DNA from: the human T2T-CHM13v2.0 reference genome, Homo sapiens
Reading direction: 5' to 3' (one strand)
Length of the DNA stretch: 64,000 nucleotides
Assembly (NCBI RefSeq): GCF_009914755.1
Contig: NC_060927.1
The number at the start of each line of letters is the position of its first letter. The first letter of the stretch is position 1. Below the pieces are notes generated by a model that was not told the origin of the DNA, did no database searches, and saw only the letters and a program-made list of their open reading frames with translations. Positions 14,788 to 25,904 of this stretch are shown one piece after another. The position numbers and the translations under genes are program-made.

Positions 14788-15650
14788 CTGTATTGATTTG
14801 CAGCGGCTTCCGTAACAAAACACCACAGACCAAGAGGCTTAAACAACAGAAATGAGTTTCCTCACAGTTCTGGAGGCTGGAAGTCAGAGCGAGGCGCATT
14901 TCTCCTGAGGCCTCTCTTCTTGGCTTGTATGTGGCTGTGTTCTCCCTGTGTCTTCACACGGCATATTAGTCAGGGGTCTCCAGAGAAACAGAGCCAATAG
15001 GAGATGCATATATATGTATATGTATATATATACATATATTTTTTAAAATAAGGAATTGGCTCGTATGATTACAAAGGCTGACACGTCTCAAGATCTATAG
15101 TCAGCAAGAGACCCAGGAGAGCTGATGACTTAGTTTCAGTCTAAATGCCAGCAGGCTTGAGACCCAAGAAGAGTCCGTGTTTCAATCTGAGTCTGAAGGC
15201 AGGAAAATACCAACGTCCCAGCCTGTGGGCACCAGGCAGGAGACCCTCTTACTGATTACTGAGCTTCTGTTCAATTCAGGCCTTTAACTGATTGGAAGAG
15301 GACCACCCAGCCTGGGGAGGGCAGTCGGCTTCACTCAGCCCAGTGCAATTGTTCATTTCATCCAGAAACACCCCACAGACACACCCAGAGTAATGTGTGA
15401 CCAGACATCCGGTCACCTTATGGCCTAGGCAAGGTGACACATGAGATGAACACGGTGTTCCCGCTGTTGGTGGCCCAATTTCCTTTTCTTATAAGGGTGC
15501 CAGTCAGACTGCATTAGGGCCCACCCTAATCCCCACATTTCACCTTCATTCCTCTTTAAAGACCTTATTTCCAAATACAGTCCCATTTGGAGGTACTGGG
15601 GTTACGACGTCAGCATGTGAATTCAGGGAGACACTTTTCAGCCTGTGACA
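14788..15650 (-). mobile_element. MLT1 (MaLR) LTR split by a nested MLT2 LTR
   Basis: ggcttaaacaacagaaat..cacagttctggaggctggaagtc in the left part; cttataagg..attagggcccaccctaat..ccaaatacagtc in the right part. Confidence 0.85.
14962..15450 (-). mobile_element. MLT2 (ERVL) solo LTR
   Basis: tattagtcaggggtctccagagaaacagagccaatagg..catccagaaacacc..; 5-bp TSD CACGG at 14957-14961 and 15451-15455. Confidence 0.88.
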
Positions 15651-17135
15651 GGCCCTGCCAGGCGAAGGGCTCAGCTTGCAACCACTCAGGCCCAGGCGTC
15701 TCCCCCCAGAGTCAACTGGGCAAGTGGAGCTCCTCAGGTTGCCATGATCTTCCCCCTCTGGAAGGAAGGACCTGTCCAAGCCGGTGGCTGCCAAGAAACC
15801 GCTGAGGTGCAAACAGTCACTTGGGATGGACTTATCTCACGTGCTAAATCCAGCAGTTACCAAGAGCAAGAAGTGTTTGTGGTGAGAAGCTCGTAAGGTC
15901 TTGACCCAGCGAGAACGTTTCCCCGAATCAAATCTCCATGAACCTAACACCCGTTTCCCGCTTCTTGCCACCAGTGGGATCTTGCTAACACAGAAGGCAG
16001 CCGGGGAGGAGGAGAGGGCGTAGTGAAAGACTGAGCCAGTGTGGAGCCTGTTGGCACCTGCAACGCTTACTTTAAATGCTCTCTGGACGGGCTCAGTGAG
16101 GATCTGCTGACTGAGGCCAGGCAGCCCGTGACTCGCACTAGGAGATCAGCTGCTCTCTCTAAACCAGCCGGATTCAGCTCTGGATGCTTGATTCTCATTC
16201 CTTCACTGCAACTATTCTGCTGAGGACAAGTTTCTCAAGGCCCTGCCAGTTTGGTCAACCTGACCCTCTGGGGTATTTCTCACCTGCACCGGCTCCTGAA
16301 TCTCACCAGCCCAACAGAAGTGTCTGAGCTAATGCTCGCCATCGCAGGGAATACAGGCCCACATGCAGCTCCTGTCCAGCACACAGGCTCCCCTAACAGT
16401 ATTCCCATGCTCCCAGGGATCGGCCTCGCCCCGACAGGGCACAGTGCTGGTGGGGTGGGAATTCAGAAGCCTGTGCCCCATGGAAGCCCAGTGGTCCCTG
16501 GAGGCTCTGTCCTGCTTTCTCCTCCTCCACTGACATCCCAGCACTGCCAAGGGGCAGGACAGGACCTGAACTTGGCCAGTGAAACTCTCCTGAGACTTGA
16601 CAGCTTGAGTGGTGGCACAGGGCCATGGGCTCCCAGGGAGCCTTTTTCACAGCTGTGAGCCTGCCCTTGGGGGTACAGAGTAGGCGCCCCGGCTCCTAAT
16701 CCACATCCAGCTTCCTGCTGGTCCCCTGACCTCCTAAGAGTGGCTCAGTAAACTCCCTTTTTGCTGTAGTTGGCCTGTGGCGATTTCTGTTGCCCTCCAC
16801 CAAAGACTCCATCAGACACTAGGCACCATCTGCACATCCTTCTCAGGACTCTTCTGCCAAGGACACTGTCTTCCCTACGTGGACTTGAGAAGTCCTCCTC
16901 AGCCCTCAAGACCCATCTCAGCTCTAAAACTCTAAGAATCCTCTCCTGCTCCCCCAGCTGAAATGATTGCCCCCTCTCTTGAATAATCACCACACTTCAT
17001 TTCAACTTACTCCATTAAGAAAAAGAAAACCTGCCACTGATTGAATGCCACTGGGTCCCAAGTGTCCCTACACCTGTTAGGTCCTCTTCCCAACCCCAGG
17101 ATGCTGAGGGTTAGAGCGGAGAAGTGATTTGCTAT

Positions 17136-17675
17136 TGTGGTAGATTCTATTTCCAAACAGGGCCACAACCTCATCTCCTGTCCCAAACGCTCTGCCAGAA
17201 CCCTGCCACTCCTGAGCAGGGGTAGAGTTTAAGTCCTTCACCATGGGCTTGGGCAGCACTTTTGTGACTGTCCTGGTGAAGATCATGCCATAGAAGCGAT
17301 GCTGTGTGTCTTCTGAGGCCTGGTCATAAAAGGTGGCCATTTCTACTTGGCTCTCTTTCCCTTGGATTGCTTGCCCTTGGGACCCAGCCGCCATGTTTTG
17401 AGGACGCCCAGGCCACATGGAGAGTCCCGTGCAGGTGTTTTGGCTGCCAGCCCTGGCTAAGGTCTCAGCTGTCAGCCAGTAGCATTTGCAAGGTGAGGAA
17501 GGGAGTGAGTGGCTGGGTGGGTGCGTGGGCAGGTGAGGCTTCCTAGGAATCCAGCTCCTAGTCTTCAAAGCCCAGCTGACATTGAGTAGAGCAGGCTCTG
17601 CCCAAGTTGCAGTTCTATGGGATTTTAAACCACTAAGTTTTGGGGTGATGTGTTACACCGTCATAACAACCGCGA
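17136..17675 (+). mobile_element. Old MLT1 (G/H-like) LTR
   Basis: tgtggtaga..ttctgaggcctggtcataaaagg..cagccgccatgt..ttttaaaccactaagttttggggtgatgtgttac. Confidence 0.75.
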
Positions 17676-17724
17676 CAGTTACATGCAGTCAGAAAGTATT
17701 CATTAGTGTGGAGGAGACACGAGA

Positions 17725-17930
17725 TAGTGTAGCTCAGTGGAGGTGGTCACCTGGATTGATAAACTGCACTCCATTTCTGTGACTTTAGGCTGGTCATTTA
17801 ACCTCTCTGCCTTCAGTTTTTCCTTGTCTGAAACATGGAAAAAATAATAGTATCCCTTTCACAAGGCTGTTGTGAGGATTAACAGAGATACCACATGCAA
17901 AGCCACTTAGCACATATAAACACTCAAAGA
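17725..17930 (+). mobile_element. MIR
   Basis: ctgtgactttaggc..tttaacctctctgccttcagttt..gttgtgaggattaa..atgcaaagccacttagcaca. Confidence 0.8.
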
Positions 17931-18639
17931 AAGTAATAATAATAAACAAAAATAATTTTTTTTAAAAAGAAAATTATGAAAGGAGCCAGTCAGATTGCAT
18001 TCCCACTTCGCCTGACTTCAGAACTGCACTGTCCCCTCAAGCCACAAAGCCACCCAGGGTGCCCCCTGTAGAGCCACTCCTCCCTGGACTGAACTTCCCT
18101 GGCCAACAGATGAGGCCCAGGGCATCAGCGGTGTGGGGGGTGCCCGACAGCCCTGGATGAGCCCAGGAAGCTCGGCCAGCTTCTCAGGCTGTGTGCTTGG
18201 AATCCCGTCCACTGAGCTCCCTTACTGAGCTGGCAGTTTGGGGAGCTTGTCCCAAAGTGAGTTCCTTGATGCTGTGTTTTAGAGATCCCTGGCGGCCTCT
18301 GTTCTTTCTAACAGAAGCAATCTGTGAAACCTGCGCATCAGGAGATCAGTTGGCACCTTGTGTGATCAGAACTAGTCCCACATCCCGAACCAGACAACGG
18401 CATCCACGGCATGCTGAAGGTGAGGTTGCAAAGTCAGCGTGTGGGCAGAGTTCCTACCACCCTTGGAAGCCTCTTACTGTGGAGGGCCTGGAACTACACA
18501 GACCAAGGGAACAGCACATGTGTGCCTCACCCTCCACCCCAGGATGCCTGGGGCTGCGTCAAGCTACAGTTGTGCCCCCACACCATTTACATGCTCTCCT
18601 CTCTGAATCTCTCTTTCTCTCCTCTTTACATTAAAAAAA

Positions 18640-19747
18640 CCACCTGGCTTTCAATATTGAGTGTAGAAAGAATGTGGGGACATGGGACTCTCACCCACTG
18701 CTGGTAAGGCTACATACTGCCAGGGCCACTTTGGAAAGCAAGTTCACTAAGCCCAGGAAAGTTGAAGACACTCATGTGCCATCCTGGTACAAACCCTCCA
18801 TAAATGCCCGCAGCCAAGCACAAGGAGGCAGGGGCAAGGGTGCTTACTGCATCCCTGTCTGTAATGTCGAAAAATGGGACATCACCAAAATACACAAGAA
18901 CAGGAGAGCAGATACTTAGACCGGGGCATGGCTATACCATGAAATACTATACACCAGTGAAAATGAATCGATGAGATCTATACATTGCAATATGGATGAA
19001 TCTTACCAATAAAATGTTGACTGAAAAAACAAGGTGCACCTTGAAGAGATATCTGCACACCCATGTTCATAGCAGCACTACACACAATAGTGAACAGGTG
19101 GGAACAACACAAGCGTCCATTCGTGGATGAAAGGATAAGCAAAACGTGGTCCATACTTATAGTGGAGTATGATTCAGCCTTAAAAGGAAGGACATTCTGA
19201 CTCATGCTACAACATGGATGAACCTTGAGGCCACTCTGCTAAGTGAAATAATAAAATAACAAAAAAACAAATACTGTATTGATTCCATTCATATGAGGTC
19301 CCCAGAGCAGTGAAATTCATGGAGAAAGAAAGTAGAATGGTGGCTGCTGGGGGTGAAGGGAGGGGGGAGTTAGTGTTTAACGGGTACAGAGTTTGGGAGG
19401 ATAAAAAAGTTCTGGAGATGGACGGTGGGAATGATTGCACAATAACGTGAATGTACTTAATGCCACTGAATTGTACAATGGTTAAGATGGTGGATTTTAA
19501 TTCTATGTGTATTTTACCACAAGTAAAACTTTTAAAAAAGCAACTTGCAATTTATAATACTATGATCTAAAGTTTAAAAACATGTAAAACCATCTTTTGT
19601 TTTAGCAACGCTGTAAAAATATGCATGGCAACAGATGAATGGATAAAGAAAACTTGGTATATATATGAATATATATATAAGTATATATAAGTATGTATAA
19701 AAATATATAGAAATATATAAGGATATATAAATATACAAGTATATATA

Positions 19748-19810
<63 letters not shown>

Positions 19811-20600
19811 AAGTACTATTCAGCCATAAATGATATCCAGCCATTTGCAACCACATGGATGGAACTGGAGGTCATGATGTTAAGTGAAATAAGCCAGGTA
19901 CAGAAAAACAAAATATCACATGTTCTCACTTATTTGTGGGATCTAAAAATCAAAACAATTAAACTTATGGACATAGAGACTAGGACAGTTATCAAAATTG
20001 GGAAGGGTAGTCGGGGGACAGAGGGGGAGGTAGGTATGGTTAATGAATACAAAAAATAGAAGGAATGAGTAAGTGAATAAGACTTACTATTTGATAGCAC
20101 AATAGGGTGACTATAGCCAATAATAACTGATTTGTACGTCTTAAAAATAATTGAAAGAGTGTAATTGGATTATTTGTAACTCGAAGGATAAATGCTTGAG
20201 GGGATGGATACCCTCAATGTCGGGGGAAAGAATGTAGGGACACAGGACTCTCACCCACTGCTGGTAAGGCTACATACTGCCAGGGCCACTTTGGAAAGCA
20301 AGCTCACTAAGCCATGAATTCTCCATGAAGTGTGTATTTCACATTGCGTGCCTGTGTCAAAACATCTCACGTACCCCATAAATATATACACTTACTATGT
20401 ACCTACAGCAATTTAAAAAAATGTGCATGGGAAATCTACACACCAAACAAGAGGGACTGTTTAGGCTTAGCTCTGGGGAAGCAGGAAAGGGATAAGATTT
20501 GTGGGGTGGCCCACAGGGGCAGTCCACCACACCATTAACAGCTTATTTTGGAAGCTGGGCGATGGGTATACTACTCTCCTCCATATTTTCTTCCCACCTG
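18640..20600 (+). mobile_element. Nested L1 3' ends (L1ME host; L1MB ~19035-19540; L1MA ~19630-20420)
   Basis: cacacccatgttcatagcagcac..acatggatgaaccttgagg..; catggatggaactggagg..catgttctcacttatttgtggga..accccataaatatatacac. Confidence 0.85.
19660..19805. repeat. (TA)n/(TG)n microsatellite inside L1MA
   Basis: Pure TA run 19760-19805 preceded by degenerate TA and TG repeats. Confidence 0.95.
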
Positions 20601-23600
20601 AACTATTTCATTAACCAAAGTACCCTGAGGTCGGCTGGGCTCTGGGAACTTGGGAGAGGGCTTGCCGCCTCCCACAATGGCCTTTGGGCCAGAGCTAAAG
20701 AGTCTATAGAGGCATCTCCCCACAACCAAGGCAGAACGCAGAGGCGCCCCGTGAAGATTTCTTTCCGTTTGCTAGTTGAAATAAGCGGCTCTGCTCCTTC
20801 CCCTGCCCGAGCCTCTGGCAGAGCTCCAGGATTATTTTACATTAACTTAAGATCACTAATGAAGAATAATTAACAGCTTTGAGGGAGCCTGGCACACCCT
20901 GTGTTTAGAAGTGGTTAATTATGCATTGTCTGCAAAACACCCCTTTCATACTCTTAAGTTTGGGATCGCCGTTTTAAACAACGGAATATGGCATCAGGCA
21001 AAAAGCCAAGTGGCTCCATTTGCAGAGCTTTCCTGGGGAAGGATCCGTTTGGGTGAGGACAGCCGCTTGCAAAGCCTCTACTAAGTGCTGTATATTCAGT
21101 GCTTTTCCAGCATTTACCCTTGAAATCCCCACACAAGGGCCATGAGAGGTGAGCTGAGCATCCCCCTTTCCCCATGTTACACAGCTGTGGAGGAAAAGTG
21201 ACTTTTCTAAGCTCCCTGCCACAGCGAGGTCTGACCACAAAGTCTGAGTTCTTGCCCACCTGGCTGATGCATTATCATTATTTCTGGTCGACAACTGCTG
21301 GAAAGATGACTGCCCCCAGCCCTCAGCATGTCATTTGCCAGGGTGGACAGACCGAGCTGCTCAGCTGGCAGCATGCAGCCTCCACAGCTGGATCCCCTGG
21401 TTAAATCCCAGTGGCACCACCGACTGGCCATGAGCCCTTGGACAAGCTACTTCTCCCCGTGCTTTGGTTTCTTCACCTGGAAAATGGAAGAATCATGACT
21501 CCACTTCGTGGCATTAGCGCGCAGAGTTGGTGCTCAGAATGAAGCCTCACATGTAGCAGACACTCACTGAGCTTCCCTGCCCCACCTTCCTTTCTAGCTC
21601 TTCCCCTGACACACACCTAGGCTTCAGCCTCACCTCTGATCATTTATGCACCATGCGAGGCTTGGTCCCACACCATACGTTTGTTCGTGCTTTGTTTTCC
21701 ACCCACAGTGCCCTTCCCTGTCTGGAAAATTCCAACTCCCATGTCTAGGCCCGGATCAGATGCCACCTCCTGCAGGAAGCCTTCCAATAAGACCTCCCTC
21801 AGGCTGCTGGTAATTTGTGCACCCTCTGTTTATACCCCATTCTTAACATTCATGAGTTGTTAATAGGTCTTTTCCCTTTGTAGGTTGGGAGCTCCTCAAG
21901 GATTAGTCTCATTTGTCTTTCAGGCACAGTCAGGGCTTAAGAACAAGAGCACAGGCTCTGAGTAAGAACCTCCATAGGTCAGGGGAGGGGACAAAGAGCG
22001 CTCTCACGGGTTCCTCCTAGAGCCTGAGCCACGCCTCTCACACTTGGACCACGTGGCCCCCAGAGTGTGACTCTCAGTTTGCCACTTGCCCACTAAGATC
22101 CTTCATGGGCTCCCCACTGAATGCAGGACAAGGCCCAGGCTCCGGTCCTGAGCCCCAGCCCCTGGTACCCCTTCCCAGCTCCATGGCCTTTTGCCATGAC
22201 CCAAAGACACCCTTCCCTTTTAAAGCCTCTGGGTTTTTCCCATGTGGTTTCCCCTCTGTCTGGAACACCTGTGCTCCCCATCTCAACCCAGCAAACTCCT
22301 CCAGACACTTTACCACCTGGCTCAGCTGTCACCTCCTCCATGAAGCCCCCGCACCCAGCCCTGCTCCTCTTTCAAGACTCTGACCGCGACTCATGCCTGG
22401 CTAGCTGAGCCCTGTGGAGCAGGGTCTGTCCCTCATTTGTCCCTGCCTGGCCCAGGACTCCGGCGTCTGCATGGACTGAGACTGTAGACATTCAAGAGAG
22501 ATTGCATCTCGAGACAGGAAAGACAGGGGTCAGATCTCGTGGCCACTCTTCTGCAGTTGCCTGCCCTCTGGTTTTATTCTGCTCACCTGCGCACAGGGGC
22601 TTTAATGCTTCTTTTGCAGGAGGGATGAGGATGAACAATTAAGTATATAAAGTGCCCCACCGCGGTAGACACCGAATCACTGACAGCCGGACATGCCCTC
22701 CTGAGGCCGCATGAACAAGCCTGGGGGCGGGGGGTGGGGTGAAAGGCTGCACCACAGCGCTCAGGGCCCACTGGGTGTCGGGCTCCTCTCTGATGTGGCT
22801 TGCACTAATCAGACGCAGGACAGGCCTCTCTCGCTGGCACCCTCCCAAGAGCAGGGACTTCCTTTCTACAGCTGCTGTGAGACCCTCCGTGCCCGCCCCC
22901 TTTGGAGAAAGCCCACTGGAAGGAAGAAGAAAAGCTCCCACACTTTCCCAGAATTGCTCGTATGCTAATGGCCGCAGACTTCACAGAGTGTGAAATCAGG
23001 AAAAACTAATTCCCTCAGAATAGACGGGACAATTCCCTCCTCCAGGTCTTTAATAACACGCCGTTCAAGGTGACCATGGCGACGGCTCCATGATGATCTC
23101 CTGCTGGCCCGGATGTGGTTCTTTCTTGACCAAGGTGTGCACTGGACAGAACACACACGCTCGGAAGAACCTGCCGGAGGTATGAACATTCGGGCTTGTG
23201 GTGCCTGCAGCCCCTGTCACCTCAGGGAGCAGTCCCCAAATCCATGTCATCAAATCCGAATCCCTACAGTTGGGAAACAGGCTTAAAGAGGGAAAGTGAC
23301 TCGCCCAAGATCGCGCAGCCAGGAAAGGGACTGAACTTCGGGCTCCTGATCTCCTGACCAGGGGACCCCCAACTCTGCCTCCCCAAACTTGTGCTTAGGG
23401 AGGAGGCAGGCCAACCCTTGAGTCATCCAGCCCACGAGGTCGGAGCAAGTGTACCGGGAAAGAGCAGACCGGGGACCCCGGGCCGGTGCAGCTTCCCTGC
23501 CTAGGGCTCACCCCGGCAGCAAGGAACAATGAAACACAGTGCCTGGCCACAGAGCAGTCCAGGGTGACTCTTTCTCTGCAGAAACTCTACCAGTTTCAGG

Positions 23601-23793
23601 CCAGAGGGAGAGGAAAGAATAGTTAAGCCCAGTTGCAAAGTGAACCACGACAAACGCTGCTGCTGGTCTTGGCCAGTGACGGGGACCCTCCGCCAAGAGG
23701 AGGAAGCCCTGCAATCGGGCAGGATCAGGGCGAACTTTCTCTCCAGGTCCCATTGCCCTAGTGGCCAAGGCTCTCCCCAGAGGGTCGACTTAC

Positions 23794-23870
23794 CTTTTGT
23801 AGGCTCCATGCAGGGGCTGTAGGCACAGGAACTGCCAGTAATCCAGGCAAAAGGCCTTGAACTTGAGCAT
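23794..23870 (-). CDS. IQSEC1: IQSEC1 alternative first coding exon MLKFKAFCLDYWQFLCLQPLHGAYK(S)
   Basis: aaaATG CTC AAG TTC AAG GCC TTT TGC CTG GAT TAC TGG ... TAC AAA AG|GTAAGT: 77 nt, phase 2, consensus donor, CpG-rich context. The peptide is recalled from vertebrate IQSEC1 isoforms. Confidence 0.85.
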
Positions 23871-23997
23871 TTTCACCTTTTGGTCTCCAGCTGGACCACG
23901 GTAACGTCTCCGCGGAGACACGGAGAGGGGCTAGTGGGAGGTGGAGAACCGGCCGCTTCGGCCCGCCCTGGTCCCTGCCACGGCGGCCCCCACTCAC

Positions 23998-24083
23998 ATG
24001 GCCCAGCCCGCCCGGCGCAGCTTGTACAGTACACGCCTCCAATACAAAGAGCAGCCAGCACAAAAGCCTAGCAACTCATTCAC
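23998..24083 (-). CDS. IQSEC1: Candidate IQSEC1 first coding exon with non-AUG start: (V/M)NELLGFCAGCSLYWRRVLYKLRRAGWA(I)
   Basis: GTG AAT GAG TTG CTA GGC TTT TGT ... TGG GCC AT|GTGAGT: 86 nt, phase 2, CpG-rich. No in-frame ATG after the upstream TAA. Confidence 0.4.
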
Positions 24084-25689
24084 GCAGCTCGCCTGGCCCG
24101 GCTCATGCTGCTGCTGTCTCTGTTAGCTGGTGCCTCCGAGGGCTTCCCTGGGGGTCCCTGGGACACACCAAGGCAGCTCTGGCTGTATCAAGTTGTGGGG
24201 GCCCCCAGTCCATCATCCTGGGGGGTCTGGATGCTAGGGCTCCTGACGGTGGCTCTGCAAGTCTGTTCTTCCAACCAGGCCCTGGGGCTCCGGGTGGTGG
24301 GGCCGGCACTGGCTGGACAGTCCTACACCCGCCTGGCTGGCCCAGAGTGGCTGAGGCCAGGAAGACCCAGGGAGAGCAGGTAGGGAGGGGGCCAGATGAC
24401 AGGCAAACACTGGCCTCTTTTGCCAGATAAATTACGTTTGGCGGAATCCCTGTTCGGCCTGTGCGAGGGAAAACTCACCATGTAGCCACATGGTGCTTGG
24501 GGTGGGGGCAGCTGGGCTCTGAAAGGCAGGCGAAGGAAGACTGACAGGGTCGCCCAGCGCCTGCCGTTGCCTGGGCGACGGGGACACATTGATAAAATCT
24601 AAAATGGAACCGCTATGACAGCCGCTCATTGGCTGCCGGCAGGGGAATCCTGTCGCTAACCAGGGAGGGGAGCGGCTGAGCTGCAGGGCCACAGACAACC
24701 AGGCGCATTGTTGGGCAGAGGGACCCCAGGCAGAATGGGTGGCCCCACAGGCCAGGGGACCTGGCAGTCACAGACAATAGGAAAGGAGTCCCTGGCCCAC
24801 CCTCACCTCTCCCCTTGTATCTCCTGGGATCTGGCTGGTCCCGGCGTCTGCTCCAACCCTCCCATGGCCCATTTCCCACACACTAGCCACCTGAAAGTCT
24901 GAGGCTCTGGGTCCCAGATACAGTAGCCACCCTCACCCCCATGAATCCGGCACACCCTTTGGTTCCATGCAGTCTGCTCTCGGGTGCACTTCCTGCAGCT
25001 CCGCTCCTCCTCGTCAGTCAGGTCCCACTCCAGCACCCCTCGTGTCTAAGCTATAGCAGCTCAGCCCCCTTCAGCCACTACCCTGTCTGATTCTTTCCAT
25101 GGGACATCCCATCCTCTGAAAGGATCCTGCTTTTGCATGTTTACTTGTTAACTGTCTTTCTCCTGACTACAAGCAACGACTCCAGGGCAGGGGCCACATC
25201 TCTTTTAAGGGCCGGCCCACTGGAGGAGCCTCGATAATCATTTGTGGAAGGAAGGAAGGATCTTGTATAGTGTGTGAAAGGCTCTCAGAGGCACCACACT
25301 CACCCCCTCTGGCCGCTTTGGGGCCCAGGTTTGCACAACCCGACATCGTTTGCAAAGCAGTGGTCACACTCCATTCAGACGAGGAGGTCTTGCTACCTCC
25401 CCACTCCCCCTCAGATGAGGAAACAGAGGCACAGAGAAGACCCCATCCCCAGAGGTGTGCACACAGAGTCCAGGAGCTGCTGCTCAGGGGGGTGACATCC
25501 AGGCGGTCGGATGGGAGCTGGTGCCACAAAAAAGACAAGGCTCTGTGTGCCTCTAGCAAGGCTGCTCAGCTTCCAAGGGCCAGGCTGGGAACCAGAGGCC
25601 TGATCTCACCCCATGCAAAGCCAAAGAACAAAGTCTCCCACCTCAGGTGGCATTTTCTCAGTGTCATTAGCAAAAATGCTGCTTCTAGA

Positions 25690-25904
25690 GCAATGGTTCT
25701 CAACCAGAGGCGTCTGGGTCATCCCCCCACCCCCAGGGACATCTGGTAATATCTGGAGAAATTTTGGTTGTCACAAATGGGGAGAGAGTGCCAGCATCCA
25801 GTGGCATTTAGATGTCACTAAACACCTTACCATGCACAGGACAGCCCCCACACCAGAGAATGGTCCTGCCCAAAATGTCAGTAGTGCCAAGGTTGGGAGA
25901 CCCT
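25690..25904 (+). mobile_element. MER20 (hAT-Charlie)
   Basis: caatggttctcaacc..ttttggttgtcaca..tgcacaggacagcccc..cccaaaatgtcagtagtgccaaggttgggagaccctg. Confidence 0.9.

Larger units (their letters stand above)
23400..24720 (-). promoter_or_regulatory. IQSEC1: CpG-rich internal promoter cluster of IQSEC1
   Basis: Elevated CpG; minus-strand CCAAT 24628-24632; X-box GTCGCC-CA-GGCAAC 24566-24579; three consensus donors (exon ends 24479, 23998, 23794). Confidence 0.7.

Noticed and set aside
23501-23809. ORF MEPTKGK.. as a first exon
   Set aside because: It meets the 23794 donor in phase 1; the phase-2 MLKFKAFC frame is the recognised one.
24807-24865. MGGLEQTPGPARSQEIQGE|GTGAGG phase-2 unit
   Set aside because: Formally fits, but has no compositional similarity to the other exons and no other support; illustrates the expected false-positive rate.
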